Positions 27,201-42,200 of a DNA stretch of 64,000 nucleotides are shown here, piece by piece (the first letter of the stretch is position 1; every line of letters begins with the position of its first letter). The notes under the pieces were generated by a model that was given only the letters and a program-made list of their open reading frames with translations, was not told the DNA's origin and did not search any database. This DNA comes from Laetmonice hystrix (Eukaryota). The position numbers and the translations under genes are program-made. Where the stretch lies: positions 2,790,001-2,854,000 of the forward strand of contig OZ249440.1 in assembly GCA_965235115.1 (NCBI GenBank), written 5' to 3'.

Positions 27201-30200
27201 AATGCGATTTAAATCGATTTGAACTGCATTGAAGCGGTGGTGTGTCAACGGTATAATTCAAATCATAAATCCTATAAGCAGATAGATTTTACATACAGTG
27301 CCCTGAAACAGGTGCCATCTAGCAGTGCCCTGAAACAGGTGCCCTCTAGCAGTGCCCTGAAACAGGTGCCATCTAGCAGTGCCCTGAAACAGGTGCCATC
27401 TAGCAGTGCCCTGAAACAGGTGCCCTCTAGCAGTGCCCTGAAACAGGTGCCATCTAGCAGTGCCCTGAAACAGGTGCCCTCTAGCATCATTCTGACTATT
27501 TGCCGTCAGGGCCCACTGTCTGTCTGTGGCTGTCGACCGACAGTAACCAGGTCTGTATAGGGAGTCGGCGAGCGGCGAGTCTGGTAAAACCCATCACGTC
27601 AGGAATCTCTGCCACCGGACAACCTGATGGTTTCCAGGCTCCCTCCCACGTGTGGACCATCTACAGTCCCAGGAAAACCGTCTACCCTTACCCTGCCCCC
27701 ACCCCACACACCCTGCCCACTCCACCCCACCTCACACACCCTGCCCACCCCGCCCCCACCCCACACACCCTGCCCACTCCGCCCCCACCCCACACACCCT
27801 GCCCACTCCACCCCCACCCCACACACCCTGCCCACTCCACCCCCACCTCACACACCCTGCCCACTCCGCCCCCACCCCACACACCCTGCCCACTCCACCC
27901 CCACCTCACACACCCTGCCCACTCCACCCCCACCCCACACGCCCTGCCCACCCCGCCCCCACCCCACACACCCTGCCCACCCCGCCCCCACCCCCACACC
28001 CTGCCCACTCCGCCCCCACCCCACACACCCTGCCCACTCCGCCCCCACCCCACACACCCTGCCCACCCCGCCCCACCCCACACACCCTGCCCACCCCGCC
28101 CCCACCCCACACACCCTGCCCACCCCACCCCCACCCCACACACCCTGCCCACTCCGCCCCCACCCCACACACCCTGCCCACTCCACCCCCACCCCACACA
28201 CCCTGCCCATTCCGCCCCCACCCCACACACCCTGCCCACCCCGCCCCCACCTCACACACCCTGCCCACTCCACCCCCACCCCACACACCCTGCCCACTCC
28301 GCCCCCACCCCACACACCCTGCCCACCCCGCCCCCACCTCACACACCCTGCCCACTCCACCCCCACCCCATGCCCACTCCGCCCCCACCCCACACACCCT
28401 GCCCACCCCGCCCCCACCCCACACACCCTGCCCACTCCACCCCCACCCCACACACCCTGCCCACTCCACCCCCAACCCCACACACCCTGCCCACTCCACC
28501 CCTACCTCACACACCCTGCCCACTCCGCCCCCACCTCACACACCCTGCCCACCCCACCCCCACCCCACACACCCTGCCCACTCCACCCCCACCCCACACA
28601 CCCTGCCCACTCCGCCCCCACCCCACACACCCTGCCCACTCCACCCCCACCCCACACACCCTGCCCACTCCACCCCCACCTCACACACCCTGCCCACCCC
28701 GCCCCCACCCCACACACCCTGCCCACCCCGCCCCCACCCCACACACCCTGCCCACCCCGCCCCCACCCCACACACCCTGCCCACCCCGCCCCCACCCCAC
28801 ACACCCTGCCCACTCCACCCCCACCTCACACACCCTGCCCACTCCGCCCCCACCCCACACACCCTGCCCACCCCACACACCAAATAAAACCTACATGTAG
28901 AGGAGCTTGCATTCCAAGTGGAACATTGACCAGTCGCGACCTGAACCCGACCATGAGGCCCTGTAACCTGGCATACACGGGCCGACTCAAATAAACTCAA
29001 TCCGACTATGCGTCGCAAACCATACACCGCCTCAGCCCGACCCGACTCGACTCAACTGACTCTGTACTGGGGGTTGAAGGCGGTAAAACAAACACTTGGA
29101 TGTAGTCGGGTCGGGTCGGTGTGTTTGTGCCCTGTTGTTTCGCTAGTATATGTCGGGTGAGAGGACGGGTGGGGTAGTAGTATATGACAGTGACAGTTTA
29201 CTCGATCTGCTGAAATAACACGATTTATTTTCTCTTTCCTGGTATGGGTTGTTCCTGTTTTTATCATTCCTAAACTCCTTTCCCTGGAATTCATAAACTC
29301 CTGTCCCTGGAAGATCCATAATCACCTTTCCCTGGAGGATTCCTAAACTCCTCTCCCTGGAGGATTCCTAAACTCCTCTTCCTGGAGGATTCCTAAACTC
29401 CTTTTTCTGGAAGATCCCTAAAATCCTTTCTCTATCGGATTCCTTAACTGTCACTAGCAACTTTTCATAACACATTTAGAGTAAAGCAATCAAAGATTCA
29501 CACCTCACAGCTACCACAATGATCTAACAACTACACGATGAACATTCATCAACCTCATCACCCCTGGCGTCATTTAGAGTAAAGCAATCCAAGATTCACA
29601 CCTCACAGCTACCACAATGATCTAACAACTACACGATGAACATTCATCAACCTCATCACCCCTGGCGTCATTTAGAGTAAAGCAATCAAAGATTCACACC
29701 CCACAGCTACCACAATGAGCTAACAAGTACACGATGAACATTCATCAACCTCATCACCCCTGGCGTCATTTAGAGTAAAGCAATCAAAGATTCACACCTC
29801 ACAGCTACCACAATGATCTAACAACTACACGATGAACATTCATCAACCTCATCACCCCTGGCGTCATTTAGAGTAAAGCAATCAAAGATTCACACCTCAC
29901 AGCTACCACAATGAGCTAACAAGTACACGATGAACATTCATCAACCTCATCACCCCTGGCGTCATTTAGAGTAAAGCAATCAAAGATTCACACCTCACAG
30001 CTACCACAATGATCTAACAACTACACGATGGACATTCATCAACCTCATCACCCCTGGCGTCATTTAGAGTAAAGCAATCAAAGATTCACACCTCACAGCT
30101 ACCACAATGATCTAACAACTACACGATGAACATTCATCAACCTCATCACCCCTGGCGTCATTTAGAGTAAAGCAATCAAAGATTCACACCTCACAGCTAC

Positions 30201-33200
30201 CACAATGAGCTAACAAGTACACGATGAACATTCATCAACCTCATCACCCCTGGCGTCATTTAGAGTAAAGCAATCAAAGATTCACACCTCACAGCTACCA
30301 CAATGATCTAACAACTACACGATGAACATTCATCAACCTCATCACCCCTGGCGTCATTTAGAGTAAAGCAATCAAAGATTCACACCTCACAGCTACCACA
30401 ATGATCTAACAACTACACGATGGGCAGAAAGCCTACAAGCATAGCGCAGTGACGGTCATATGTCTGTTTGTATAATGTTTCTCAGTTCTGAGAGAAAATT
30501 ACAGTTCACTAACCCACCCACACTCTGGCGTCATTACAGTTCACTAACCCACCCACACTCTGGCGTCATTACAGTTCACTAACCCACCCACATTCTGGCG
30601 TCATTACAGTTCACTAACCCACCCACACTCTGGCGTCATTACAGTTCACTAACCCACCCACACTCTGGCGTCATTACAGTTCACTAACCCACCCACACTC
30701 TGGCGTCATTACAGTTCACTAACCCACCCACACTCTGGCGTCATTACAGTTCACTAACCCACCCACACTCTGGTGTCATGGAATGATAACAAATAACCAT
30801 GGAATACAATAACCTTCACACATTCCGAAGGTACGCGCCCTCTGGCCGACAGAGGGCGCCCTCCTCCCCCGTTATGCACTGAAAAATACACTTTCTGCGG
30901 TTAATCCACACATTATGTGATTACACAATATCGAGCTAGGTCGTGTTCACACAAGTCTATACCGCGTTCACACAGCACTGGTGATGACGTCACCATATTA
31001 TATACTAAAGTTCCGTGGCGTTCCCTGCCAACTGTGCAGCGTCTCCGTCCCTCCGGTCAGGGACGCTGGGAAGGATCACCTCCACATCCGTGTCACGGCT
31101 GACGGCTCCACCTGGTGGCGGCCGAGCTCATTCCAAGCGTTCGTATCCACAACTGTATCCGGTGATCCAGCGGCTGGTTTCACACGACACACCACCATGT
31201 ACCAGCCGCCTATCCGTACACTGACCAGCCGCCCGTACGTATCCCCCATACAGGGGGCTATATTAGACAGCTATATCAGCCATCTTGACTGCTACCTTCA
31301 GAATGCGATACACGTTTTTTGAGAAACTTGAACATGATGACCCCGTGAGCTGGAGGTCACTGAGACGCCCGTGGATCCTGTCGCGTTCCCGGTGTCTCAG
31401 CAGGTGTCGCCCCAAGGTTAGAGAGACGCTGAGACCGTTTACCAGCGGTCACCTCGCGCGCCCAACTGTGACGATCGCTGACGGCCAACTATGACGTACC
31501 TCCGCTCTCCTGGCCTGGAGGTCAATAACTCACTTCTGACTGACAGGGGGCGGGCACTGGAGCGAAAAGGGGCGTGGCTAGTGATTATCGAGGGACTGGA
31601 CTATGACTTGTATGGGGTAAGGGCGTTATGTACCCTGGCCGCTAAAAGTGGGGTGGGGGTGCTACAGGTGGGGTGGGGTGGGGCGATGGAGGGTGGTATG
31701 TATACCTGAGTCATTGTTGGGGTCCGGAGATGCTCCACACTTACTGCACCAACACCACCACGTAGACTTCATCCTCTTGTCTCTGTGCTAACACTCTGCC
31801 GTGGTCCTCCTCCTCCTCCTCCTCCTGCTGCTGCTCCTCCTCCTCCTCCTCCTCCTGCTGCCGGCCGCCAACACCCCCACCGCCGCCCGACAGACAGACA
31901 GACAGACTCTGTCTCCGACTCCCCCGCCGCAGGTGAGGCCTGTAACGGTCTCCCCCTCCGACTGCCCGCCACAGGTCCTCCTTTAACGGTCCTTTAAGGG
32001 TTAGTAAGATTGCGAGCCGGACGCGGCGCTGTGAGCAGTTCCTCCTGGGCGAGGAGTTCCTTCTGGGCTGACGGCGGCCAGGCGGTGCGTGATGATCCTC
32101 CAGGCTGTAACCATCACTGTCCGACGACTCCGTGGAACTGGCGCTAACCGTGTCGGCGGGACACAACCACCGTCCGACGCCTCCGTGGAACTGGCGCTAA
32201 CCGTGCCGGCGGGACACAACCAAACGACTATCCGACCACACAGCTCCCACTGGCAGGCGTCGACTGCATGCAGGCATCGGGCGGACCGTCCAACCACCCT
32301 CCTCACCTACCCTACCCCCCCCCCCCACACACACACACACGGCTGGCCCGCTGCCTAGCAACCACTTCCCCAACCACCCAACCAAACTCCGCCATAATCA
32401 GCGCCATAGGACCATCACCCCTGTCTAGTTTTTTTAATTAAAACAAACACCCGTCCCTATATTACAGGCGGGGTTTCACACCCCAAATATGGAGAAGACA
32501 CCCCAGCCATGTTTAATGACAGTTTGAGACAGGGTACGATTGGATTCACATCAACCCTGGTCTGGGTCCGTGTGAGCCCCGAACTAAATGTAAACCCAAC
32601 ACGAAACAACTCAATCCTAAACTTAAACCCAATTTACACTGAACTAAATTAAAGTTAACCCCAATACTATAAACTAACGGTCGAACTCATATTAAAACAC
32701 ACACGGCACACCAAACGTCCGTTACTTCACCCATACACATCCGGCCAAACATCAGTCATTAAAATTTATTTATCACTCATAGTCTCACCCTCCTCCCCCG
32801 CTAACCCCTCCATACACATCTCACCCCCCCCCCTAACCCCTCCATACACATCTCACCCTCCCCCTCCTCTAACCCCTCCGGACACATAATCTGAGTTTGA
32901 TAACCATTTATTCAGTGCGCGAATTTCCATGAAACTTGTAAACGCCCGTTCTGTCCGTAGTCCCGACTGTCAATGCTATACCCCTAGTTTACCCGAGTTG
33001 TCAGCACTCTGTGACGGTCCCACAACCTCACACCTCTTGTCTTGTCAACAACTTGTAAACGCCCGTTCTGTCCGTAGTGCCGACTGTCAATGCTATACCC
33101 CTAGTTTACCCGAGTTCTCAGCGCTCTGTGACGGTCCCACAACCTCACACCTCTTGTCTTGTCAACAACTTGTAAACGCCCGTTCTGTCCGTAGTGCCGA

Positions 33201-36200
33201 CTGTCAATGCTAGACCCCTAGTTTACCCGAGTTGTCAGCGCTATGTGACGGTCCCACAACCTCACACCTCTTGTCTTGTCAACAACTTGTAAACGCCCGT
33301 TCTGTCCGTAGTGCCGACTGTCAATGCTATACCCCTAGTTTACCAGAGTTCTCAACGCTCTGTGACGGTCCCACAACCTCACACCTCTTGTCTTTATATA
33401 TGTATATTTCTCGCCACCAGGATCGACGCCTCATCCAGGAGCCTTAATTAGAGAGGTGGCAGAAATCGATAGCTATATCAGCTGAGTCAGCAAACTTCCC
33501 AAGGTCCAGGCTCCTGTTTCTATTAATAGATCTAACGGACGCCGCCCTGTTTTCTGAGACTTTCAAGAGTAATTTCCGGCGGGGTTGAGGAACGCCAGCT
33601 CAACAAACCACACCCCGAAGTTTCAACCACATCTGTTCATTCATTGGAAACTCTACAATATCATAGATTGAGGACACAGATGCGAAACAAGTTTTAATAT
33701 CGGGGTTTGATTTTCTTATGATACGATCAAGCCGGTATTGATTGCGATCCTTCCTTATTAAACCTCTACTAAAAGAAAGATTTAGGTCATTCGAACGCTC
33801 CCAACTGTTACTCCCTGGATTGTGACGTCATCAGCAGAGACGAATGCCTACGGGATAGTGGGGGTATACACACGAGTAAATGCTCTAAAGGGGGTACAAC
33901 CATTATGGATGTATGTGATAATAGGAGAAGTCAAGTCAAAAATCACATTTGGACAGCTGCAAGACCCCTCTATATACTCACCTTTCAGAGTAGTGGTTGG
34001 AAATAAATGTCCCCCCATTCCAAGAAGTCATATGTTGAACATCACTGGCTTCAGCAGCGCAGCCATTTGTTGCTATTGGGCTGGCCGGAAGTGACGTCCC
34101 AGGGCTCTATTGCATGCCGGAGCTAGGCTAGACTAGACTAAAGTAAAGGCAGCCGAGGCGGGTCGGCAAAATTAACGGGGGTCAGTCCCACAGTCACAGT
34201 AACAACTAAAACAGGTCTGTGCTGAACTGACCACAGGAGTCTGACACTGCCAGCACCCGCCCGCGGTCGGAGCCACGGTCAGGGCCTGGCCCCCGGCCCA
34301 GTGGCCCTGCGGGCTTCGTCAACATCACCTCGAGCGGGACGAATTGAATTCAGGCAGCCGAAACCCACGGATGGAGCTTGCCCAGATCCGTGTCCACCCT
34401 GATATATCCCCTGACATCGGTAGGTTTAATTCCTTGCCATTCCTCATCACTATGATCGATGGTTTTCGTCTATGTTCTAACAAATTTTGCTTATATAAAT
34501 AATCTTTCAACGTTCGCTCAACGCAACAGGTGCGTCAGTTCTTCGTTCCTCCCAAAGTGGAGAGCAGTGGTCGGAGCATGCGCAATGTGAGATTAGCCCA
34601 AGGAGCAGACAGCTATGGCGGCCTCCACCAGCGGAGCAGGTTCTAAGCAGGCTCCGGCACTAAAGTGCTTATATCTTAACTATTTGAGCACCAATTGTGT
34701 TCAAATCTTTTTTAAATTGCTTAGAATATCACGGCCTGTGTGCCTGGCCTGTACACACTGGCGGTGGACGTTTCTTTTAAGTTTATTTTCTTTATGGCCG
34801 CGGGAGGCACGTATCTCCCTTACATCCGTATCCGATCACTGCCCCCAGAACAGCTTTTATATAAGTAAACTCCGTGCTAATATATCTTAACTCTTCAATC
34901 TCCTCCCTGCTACTGATCTCAGTGTATGCATCACGGAGTATGGGTTGTCTCTCAGAGTAAACAGGACCGTATTAATTAGTTGTCTGCAGGTCAGGCTCCT
35001 GACCTTCACTGAAACCTATCATTGGTTGTCTGCAGGTCAGGCTCCTCACCTTCACTGAAACCTATCATTGGTTGTCTGCAGGTCAGGCTCCTCCCTTCAC
35101 TGAAACCTATCATTGGTTGTCTGCAGGTCAGGCTCCTCACCTTCACTGAAACCTATCATTGGTTGTCTGCAGGTCAGGCTCCTCACCTTCACTGAAACAT
35201 ATCATTGGTTATCTGCAGGTCAGGCTCCTCACCTTCACTGAAACCTATCATTGGTTGTCTGCAGGTCAGGCTCCTCACCTTCACTGAAACCTATCATTGG
35301 TTGTCTGCAGGTCAGGCTCCTCACCTTCACTGAAACCTATCATTGGTTGTCTGCAGGTCAGGCTCCTCACCTTCACTGAAACCTATCATTGGTTGTCTGC
35401 AGGTCAGGCTCCTCACCTTCACTGAAACCTATCATTGGTTGTCTGCAGGTCAGGCTCCTCACCATCACTGAAACAAACTCGAACCGCAGGGCAGCCCAAT
35501 CGAGAACAATAAAATAACGTGCGACATTCTAGCGTTTGATCCGCCCGGCGAAACAAGCTCGGATTGGGAGGTTGTAAGTTCGGGGTGAACCCCCCCCCCT
35601 CCATCCCCACCTCCCAACCCCCACCAACGACAGTGGTTGATCGCATGTTTACCAGACATGACGACTGATGCTACTCAAGCCGGCATTCAGCCAACCGTGA
35701 CGGGATCACTGGTGTTACACCGGCGTTCCACCAGGAGACGCTACGACCGACCGACCGGCCCGCCGGAGGACGCCGAACCCTCCCCCCTGTTGGCGTCTCC
35801 CATGTTCGAATATTTCTCTAACGTCACTCCACCTCAAACAGCACACACCATCTACGTCTCTATCGCATTTTTCCGGGCGTTAAAAAAAACTACGCAAATA
35901 TCAATAGACGCTGTAAATGATTTTTGTAATAGCAAGGACTGTGGTGTTTGCTGTCTGATGGGACACCATGAACTACCCGCTTTACTGAGTGTGGGTGTGG
36001 GTGTGGGTGTGAGTGGGGGTGTGTGTGTGGGTGTGGGTGTGGGTGTGGGACGGGCAGGCCAGGAACCCCATAACCAAGGTATGCACGTCCTGGAGTTGGG
36101 TGGGGTGGGAAGAGGGTGTTTAGTCCCCCACTCACACACTCACCTGGACGGACGGCTAGGTGGGGTGGGGTGGGGTGGGGAGGGTGGTGGAGTCCAGAGT

Positions 36201-39200
36201 ACGGCTTTGCCATCATCACTATCACCATGACAACCGAGGTTTTTAAGTACACATTTTTTAGATAGGTGTTTCCGAAGTATGGTGAGTGACGGGCGTCGAC
36301 TGGGCACAGCGGCAGGACCGTCACGTCCCCAACACCCTCCCCATTACACCCCACCCCTCCCAACCACCCCCACCCCACCCCCTAACAACGGCCTGGCCCA
36401 TACCAACGCCAGCCTCCTGGTCCGTTAGTCCCCAGGCAGCGCACACCTACCCAACCTTAACCCCCACCCCACCCCACCACCCAGGCAGAAACTGTATACG
36501 CCAGCCATACCGAAAAGCTCCCCCTCCTTGACTGTACACACACAGGTGTCTGTTTCAAACAAATGTCAAATCAATTTATAATCAAACCTAACCGTCAACC
36601 AACTGTTCCCCAACCCGTGTCTACGAACTCCCACATCAACACAAACCCCCCCCCCCCCCAACCCGTGTCTACGAACTCCCACATCAACACAAACTCCCCC
36701 CCCCAACCCGTGTCTACGAACTCCCCATCAACACAACCCCCCCCCCCCCCCCCCCCCAACCCGTGTCCCCGCCTAACACTTGATCGGTCCATTCACCCCC
36801 TATGGGGGCGGAGGGTACTGCCTGAACCCCATCACAGATCAGCTACCCCTGAACCTCCTAACTGATATCTCTTTACCCGCTCACACTTGTCGCAGACCCC
36901 ACGATATACATGTAATTATACGTAGGGATACATATTACATACGCCTGTCGCAGACCCCACGATATACATGTAATTATACGTAGGGATACATATTACATAC
37001 ATGACGTCAGGTTGTACGTACCCCGCCCGCCCCACAGGGGGAGTATAGTAGTATTAGAAATGTGACGTTAGGATCGGGCTACTACCCCAGGTGGGTGTAT
37101 AGCACTAGGGTGTGGCGGCATGTGTATGACATAGAATATCTGTATTTGGGACGTGACATATTTTGTTTACCAACCAATTCAAACACTGTCAGCTAGTCAT
37201 GGTATGTCTCTGAACTTACGCACAGATGTTTTAACGTTTTCTTTCTCCCAGCGCCAACAGCTGCCTTTACTAACATTTGGGAATTCGTTTGACTTGAACC
37301 AAAGAAGCCAGTGGCAATAAGTAGTTCATGAAAAGTTCTCCCTGCTTCAGGGAACGACTGTACGACGTTCTGAGGCGCTATCCTTATCACTCAGTCACTA
37401 AGTTCCTCTTCCATATATCCCTACAACAAATCCTAACCAATGAATCAGAAACGACCAGACAGACGGACTATTTGTCGAACTTCTCGACTGTTGTACGGTG
37501 CTGTGAATCCTGACTCGAAACGCTGACCCAAATACAACCAAGTGTAACTGGAACGTTCTTATCACGACAAACCACCTCGATCTCGACCCAAACACACACA
37601 GACAAAACGTGTCATGCACCGTTTTATGACGTCACAAAAGAACATTTACTCACGCAACAATGACGTCATCAACAGACCACTTTATCATTGACGTAACGAC
37701 GAAGAACCACGTTTAACCATTTCTATGCTTTACTGAAGGTAAAGTAAAGCCATACGTCTCCACAATTCTGACAGATCTATATACCCGACACAACTACACT
37801 GGTGAATGGGATAATTAACAGCAGTATTAGGTATGAAAGATGGACCTGAACATATGGTAACCGGTAGCTAATACTGGCGAGAACAGCCTCTAGGTTTTCA
37901 ACGGGATCCGGGAATGTTAGGAAATCAAAAACATTTCAAACGTTAACTTCAAACAACGGGTGTGGAGATTGGGTGTGTTAGCTCGGAGTACTGACCTGGT
38001 CCGGCCTGGAGCTGAGCCTGTTGCTCCATGAGCTCAGGCGGTGGCGGAGGAAGCTCATCCTCACGGCCCTGCTGGCCGCGGCCAGGTTTGGGAGCTGTCG
38101 GAGGTGGTGCCTTCTTACCACTCACTGTCACTGCTTCCATCCGTGTCGTCACCTAGTGGCAGGTAAACGGCATTAATCAACCACTTCCGGGTCAGGGGTT
38201 ACATCGGAGGTATCATAACAAATCGTGTCGTGAACGGACCTACTCGGGTTTATAGAGAAACAAGGACGGATAAATACCGAAGTCGTGTCAGGAACGGACC
38301 TACTCGGGTTTATAGAGAAACAAGGACGGATAAATACCGAAGTCGTGTCAGGAACGGACCTACTCGGGTTTATAGAGAAACAAGGACGGATAAATACCGA
38401 AATCGTGTCGGGAACAGGCCTACTCGGGTTTATAGAGAAACAAGGACGGATAAATACCGAAATCATCTCGGGAACGGACCTACTCGGGTTTATAGAGAAA
38501 CAAGGACGGATAAATACCGAAATCGTGTCGGGAACGGACCTACTCGGGTTTATAGAGAAACAAGGACGGATAAATACCGAAATCGTGTCGGGAACGGATC
38601 TACTCGGGTTTATAGAGAAACAAGGACGGATAAATACCGAAATCATGTCAGGAACGGACCTACTCGGGTTTATAGAGAAACAAGGACGGATAAATACCGA
38701 AATCATCTCGGGAACGGACCTACTCGGGTTTATAAAGAAACAAGGACGGATAAATACCGAAATCATCTCGGGAACGGACCTACTCGGGTTTATAGAGAAA
38801 CAAGCTTGTGAAGCTTATAGCCCCCACCACGAACTATGGATTCTTGAAAAAACGATGCACGACTTCAATTGATCTTTGAAGGGCAAAGGAAATATTGTCA
38901 AATGAAACTTCGTAAACTTAGTAAAGTTCTATGCAGTTATATGTAGGCCTACAGGTTGATGGCGTTATCCGGCGTAAAGATGCATGTGTCAGCAATAACT
39001 ATGCAGTTATGTACAGTTTGATAGTGTTATCCGACATGAAGTGTTTTGTAGATATGCTTGACCTCGATTGACCTTTAGAGGTCAGTTATGTACAGCTTGA
39101 TAGTGTTGTCGGGCGTGAACCAACTGATAGGGACAAATTATCTGTGGGTCCGGGAACTATGCGTACTTTTGGCACGCTTGTTGCCCCTCATGCATTCTGT

Positions 39201-42200
39201 CAGCAGAAAATGTCAGAGTTATTGCTTCGAATTTCTTTAAATCCAAGATGGCCACCAAGCAGCCATTTTTAATGATATATTTGACCTGTGTCCTCCTTAA
39301 ACTGTCCCTGGTTATTATGTAATGTTTCATGCAAGATTAGATGTTGTTATTTTCAACTGGTTTGGAGGTACAGGCCATTAAAATATGCATGACCTTGATT
39401 GACCTTTCAAGGTCGCTCAAGGTCATGGAAAATGACCCCAAATGAAACTTCATATATGACTTCCTATCTATCAATAATAATAACTATTGCCTTATCTTGC
39501 ACCATTTTCGAGATATGAGCCAAAACAGTGTTATGGGGGGGGAGTAAAATATTAATATGGCCGCCATGTCGCCATATTTTCTCTGATCTGGCAATACATT
39601 GGCGTATACATTGCCCCTCATATACACCTACTTTCCACCAAATTTGAAAGAAATCGGGATTGTTTTGTCTGAGTTATTGCTCCAAATGTGTTTACATCCA
39701 AGATGGCCACCACGCGGCCATTTTGACTGATGTCAAAAATATCTTTGACCTGCCTCATCCGTGGACTGTCCCGGATCATTATGTAATGTTTCATGCAAGA
39801 TTATGTCGTTATCTTTAACTGTTTTGAAGATCCAGGCTACTGCAAATATGCATGACCTTGATTGACCTTTCAAGGTCGCTCAAGGTCATCGAAAATGGCG
39901 CCAAATGAAACGTCATATATGACTTCCTATCTATCAATAATAGTAACTATTGCGTCATCTTGCACCGTTTTCGAGATATAAGCCAAAACAGTGTCATTGT
40001 GGGGGTCAAGAAACAAATATGGCCGCCATGTCGCCATTTTGGATCTGAATTGAAATTTTATTGTGATGCATATTGGCCCTCATTATGCCTCATCCCTGCA
40101 CCATGTTTGAAAGAAATCGTGATTGTTTTGGCTGAGTTATTGCTCAAAATGTGTTTACATCCAAGATGGCCGCCAAACGGCCATTTTGAATGATATCAAA
40201 AATCTGTTTGACGTGCATCATCCTCAGTTCATCCCTGATCCTTGTGTGAAGTTTCAAAGAAATCGACCCATACACTTTTGAGAAATCGCTGTCTACGGAC
40301 ATACGGACGGACGGACGGCCGTACGGACGGACGGACGGAGGTCGAATTATAAGCCCCCCGTTGTGGGGGCTAACAAGGACGGATAAATACCGAAATGCAA
40401 TAAATCAGGAAACGGAAGTAAATAAATACTTGTAAAGGGATTGGTTGGTTAGTTATGATATGATTTTTTCCGTGAAAGTGTAAGGATTTTGTTATTACAT
40501 GTAATCGTACTACCTTCATTTGGTCTCAATCTATATATTAGTCGTTTCCAATGTAATCATACATGTTTTAACAAATCAGGCAACAATGGTAACAATTATA
40601 CAGATTAGTGACTTAATAACTGGACACGAAAACAATACTCCTAAAAAGGGTCAAGATCACTCTTAAAATAAACTATGAATCAAAATAAGTACGGGTGCAA
40701 ATATTGTTCCCCTAAAGTGTCACTATATTCTTAGTGAAATAAACAAACCGTGCTAAAAAATAAAGAATAAAATGGAAAGCTAGGAGAGAGATAGACTGAC
40801 CAATGGTGACTAACAGGGTTAACACATGCACAGAGTGTTCGCGTCTCCCCAGTCCATCCTAACCTTGATCCAAACTAAGTCAACATTTCCTGAAATCCAG
40901 TCTACCAAAATCTAAGTGTATGCTATTTATAGCCTGGAAGGGGTCACTTACAAGTAATGGTTAAGTTACCAAATCATCTTCATCTACTTCTGATGTTATT
41001 CGTACCCACTAATCCCAACCACTCCAGTCGCTATCCCACAGGGGTGTCTTGTATTACCCTTTAAGGGTCCTATTACCCTACCCCCGCAGCGTGGCCAGTT
41101 ACCCGGGGACCGACGTCCTACCTCTACCGGATGTCAACTGGTGCTGCCCTCTACACCTAGCGTCCCAAACCAATCTAAGCAGTGCTTTCATAAAGAACAA
41201 TAGCCATTGTCCGGCCACTTACGTCACCGGGTCCTTTTCCATAGGGGCTGTATTCGTTGCCCTGGGGGTTAAAAGCATGCGGGTATTTGGTTAATACAAC
41301 CCTAAGATTGGTACCACCTTAGACGAACCATAGATTCTACAACTCGTCAGATGTTCATCCACGCTGGCCGCAACAATCTGGGTCCAGTCCCTCAAAACTT
41401 AACATCTTGCTTAAAAAGCTTAGACTTAACGCGTCTGATTGGTTGGTCTGCTTAAACCAGCCAATCAGAATCGTTAAGCTTAAGCTTAAACAAGATCTTG
41501 AAGTTTAAGGAACCGGGCCCTGCAGGTCTTACATCCTGGCAAGGTTGTCGTCATGGCAATAGAGTAACAAACACTCGGCTCCCTTATCAACAGCACATAC
41601 TATCGTTTAAACGTATCAATTTGATAATTTTGACCCAACTCAATCTGAGATTCTTTTCTGTCTTGTTGAGACTGAGAGAAGTATTTGGATAAAGTCACGT
41701 GGTCAGACCGTGACTAGGTTTCACCAGCACAATCTGAGGGCAGCCGTGTTTGTTAACTGTCAATATCGTCACGTCATCAGTCCATTTAGAGACACCCTCA
41801 GTCTCCACACCCTCGGAGACAGGCCGGGGGTAACTGAGGGGTTCCCACGGGGGGGGGGGGTGAAGGGGTACGACTGGAATCCTGGTAATATTTGGCTATA
41901 CTTCACACCTTCCACTTCAAATACTAGTAAAGTTCACACAAAGTCTCCATCCAGAAATACACGTTAACCTGCAGCAGGTATAGGCCTACATTCTCTTAGG
42001 ATCTTTTATCACGTTAAACTTTATCGTCCCGGCTTAACGAACATAACAGGTAACCAAGCGACGGCATTTCGGCTCCGAGAGACCCTTGGCAACGTGTGAG
42101 GGCCTGTCTGAGAGATCAGGTCATTCAGACAGGGTCTCTGTCGTCCGGTTTGTGTCCGGGGGGGGGGGGGGGGTGCCGGGGGTGCCGATAGCGGCGGCGT

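Noticed and set aside
27500-29027. 400-466-aa Pro/His/Thr-rich (extensin- or mucin-like) ORFs
   Set aside because: All three frames on both strands are open because the 29-bp satellite lacks stop codons; no splice or start support.
33600-33760. KQVLISG resembling a LINE APE-endonuclease motif
   Set aside because: No GDFN or other APE motifs, and stops are in frame; chance similarity is likely.
38173-38872. ~195-aa repetitive ORFs on both strands
   Set aside because: Products of the 60-bp satellite.
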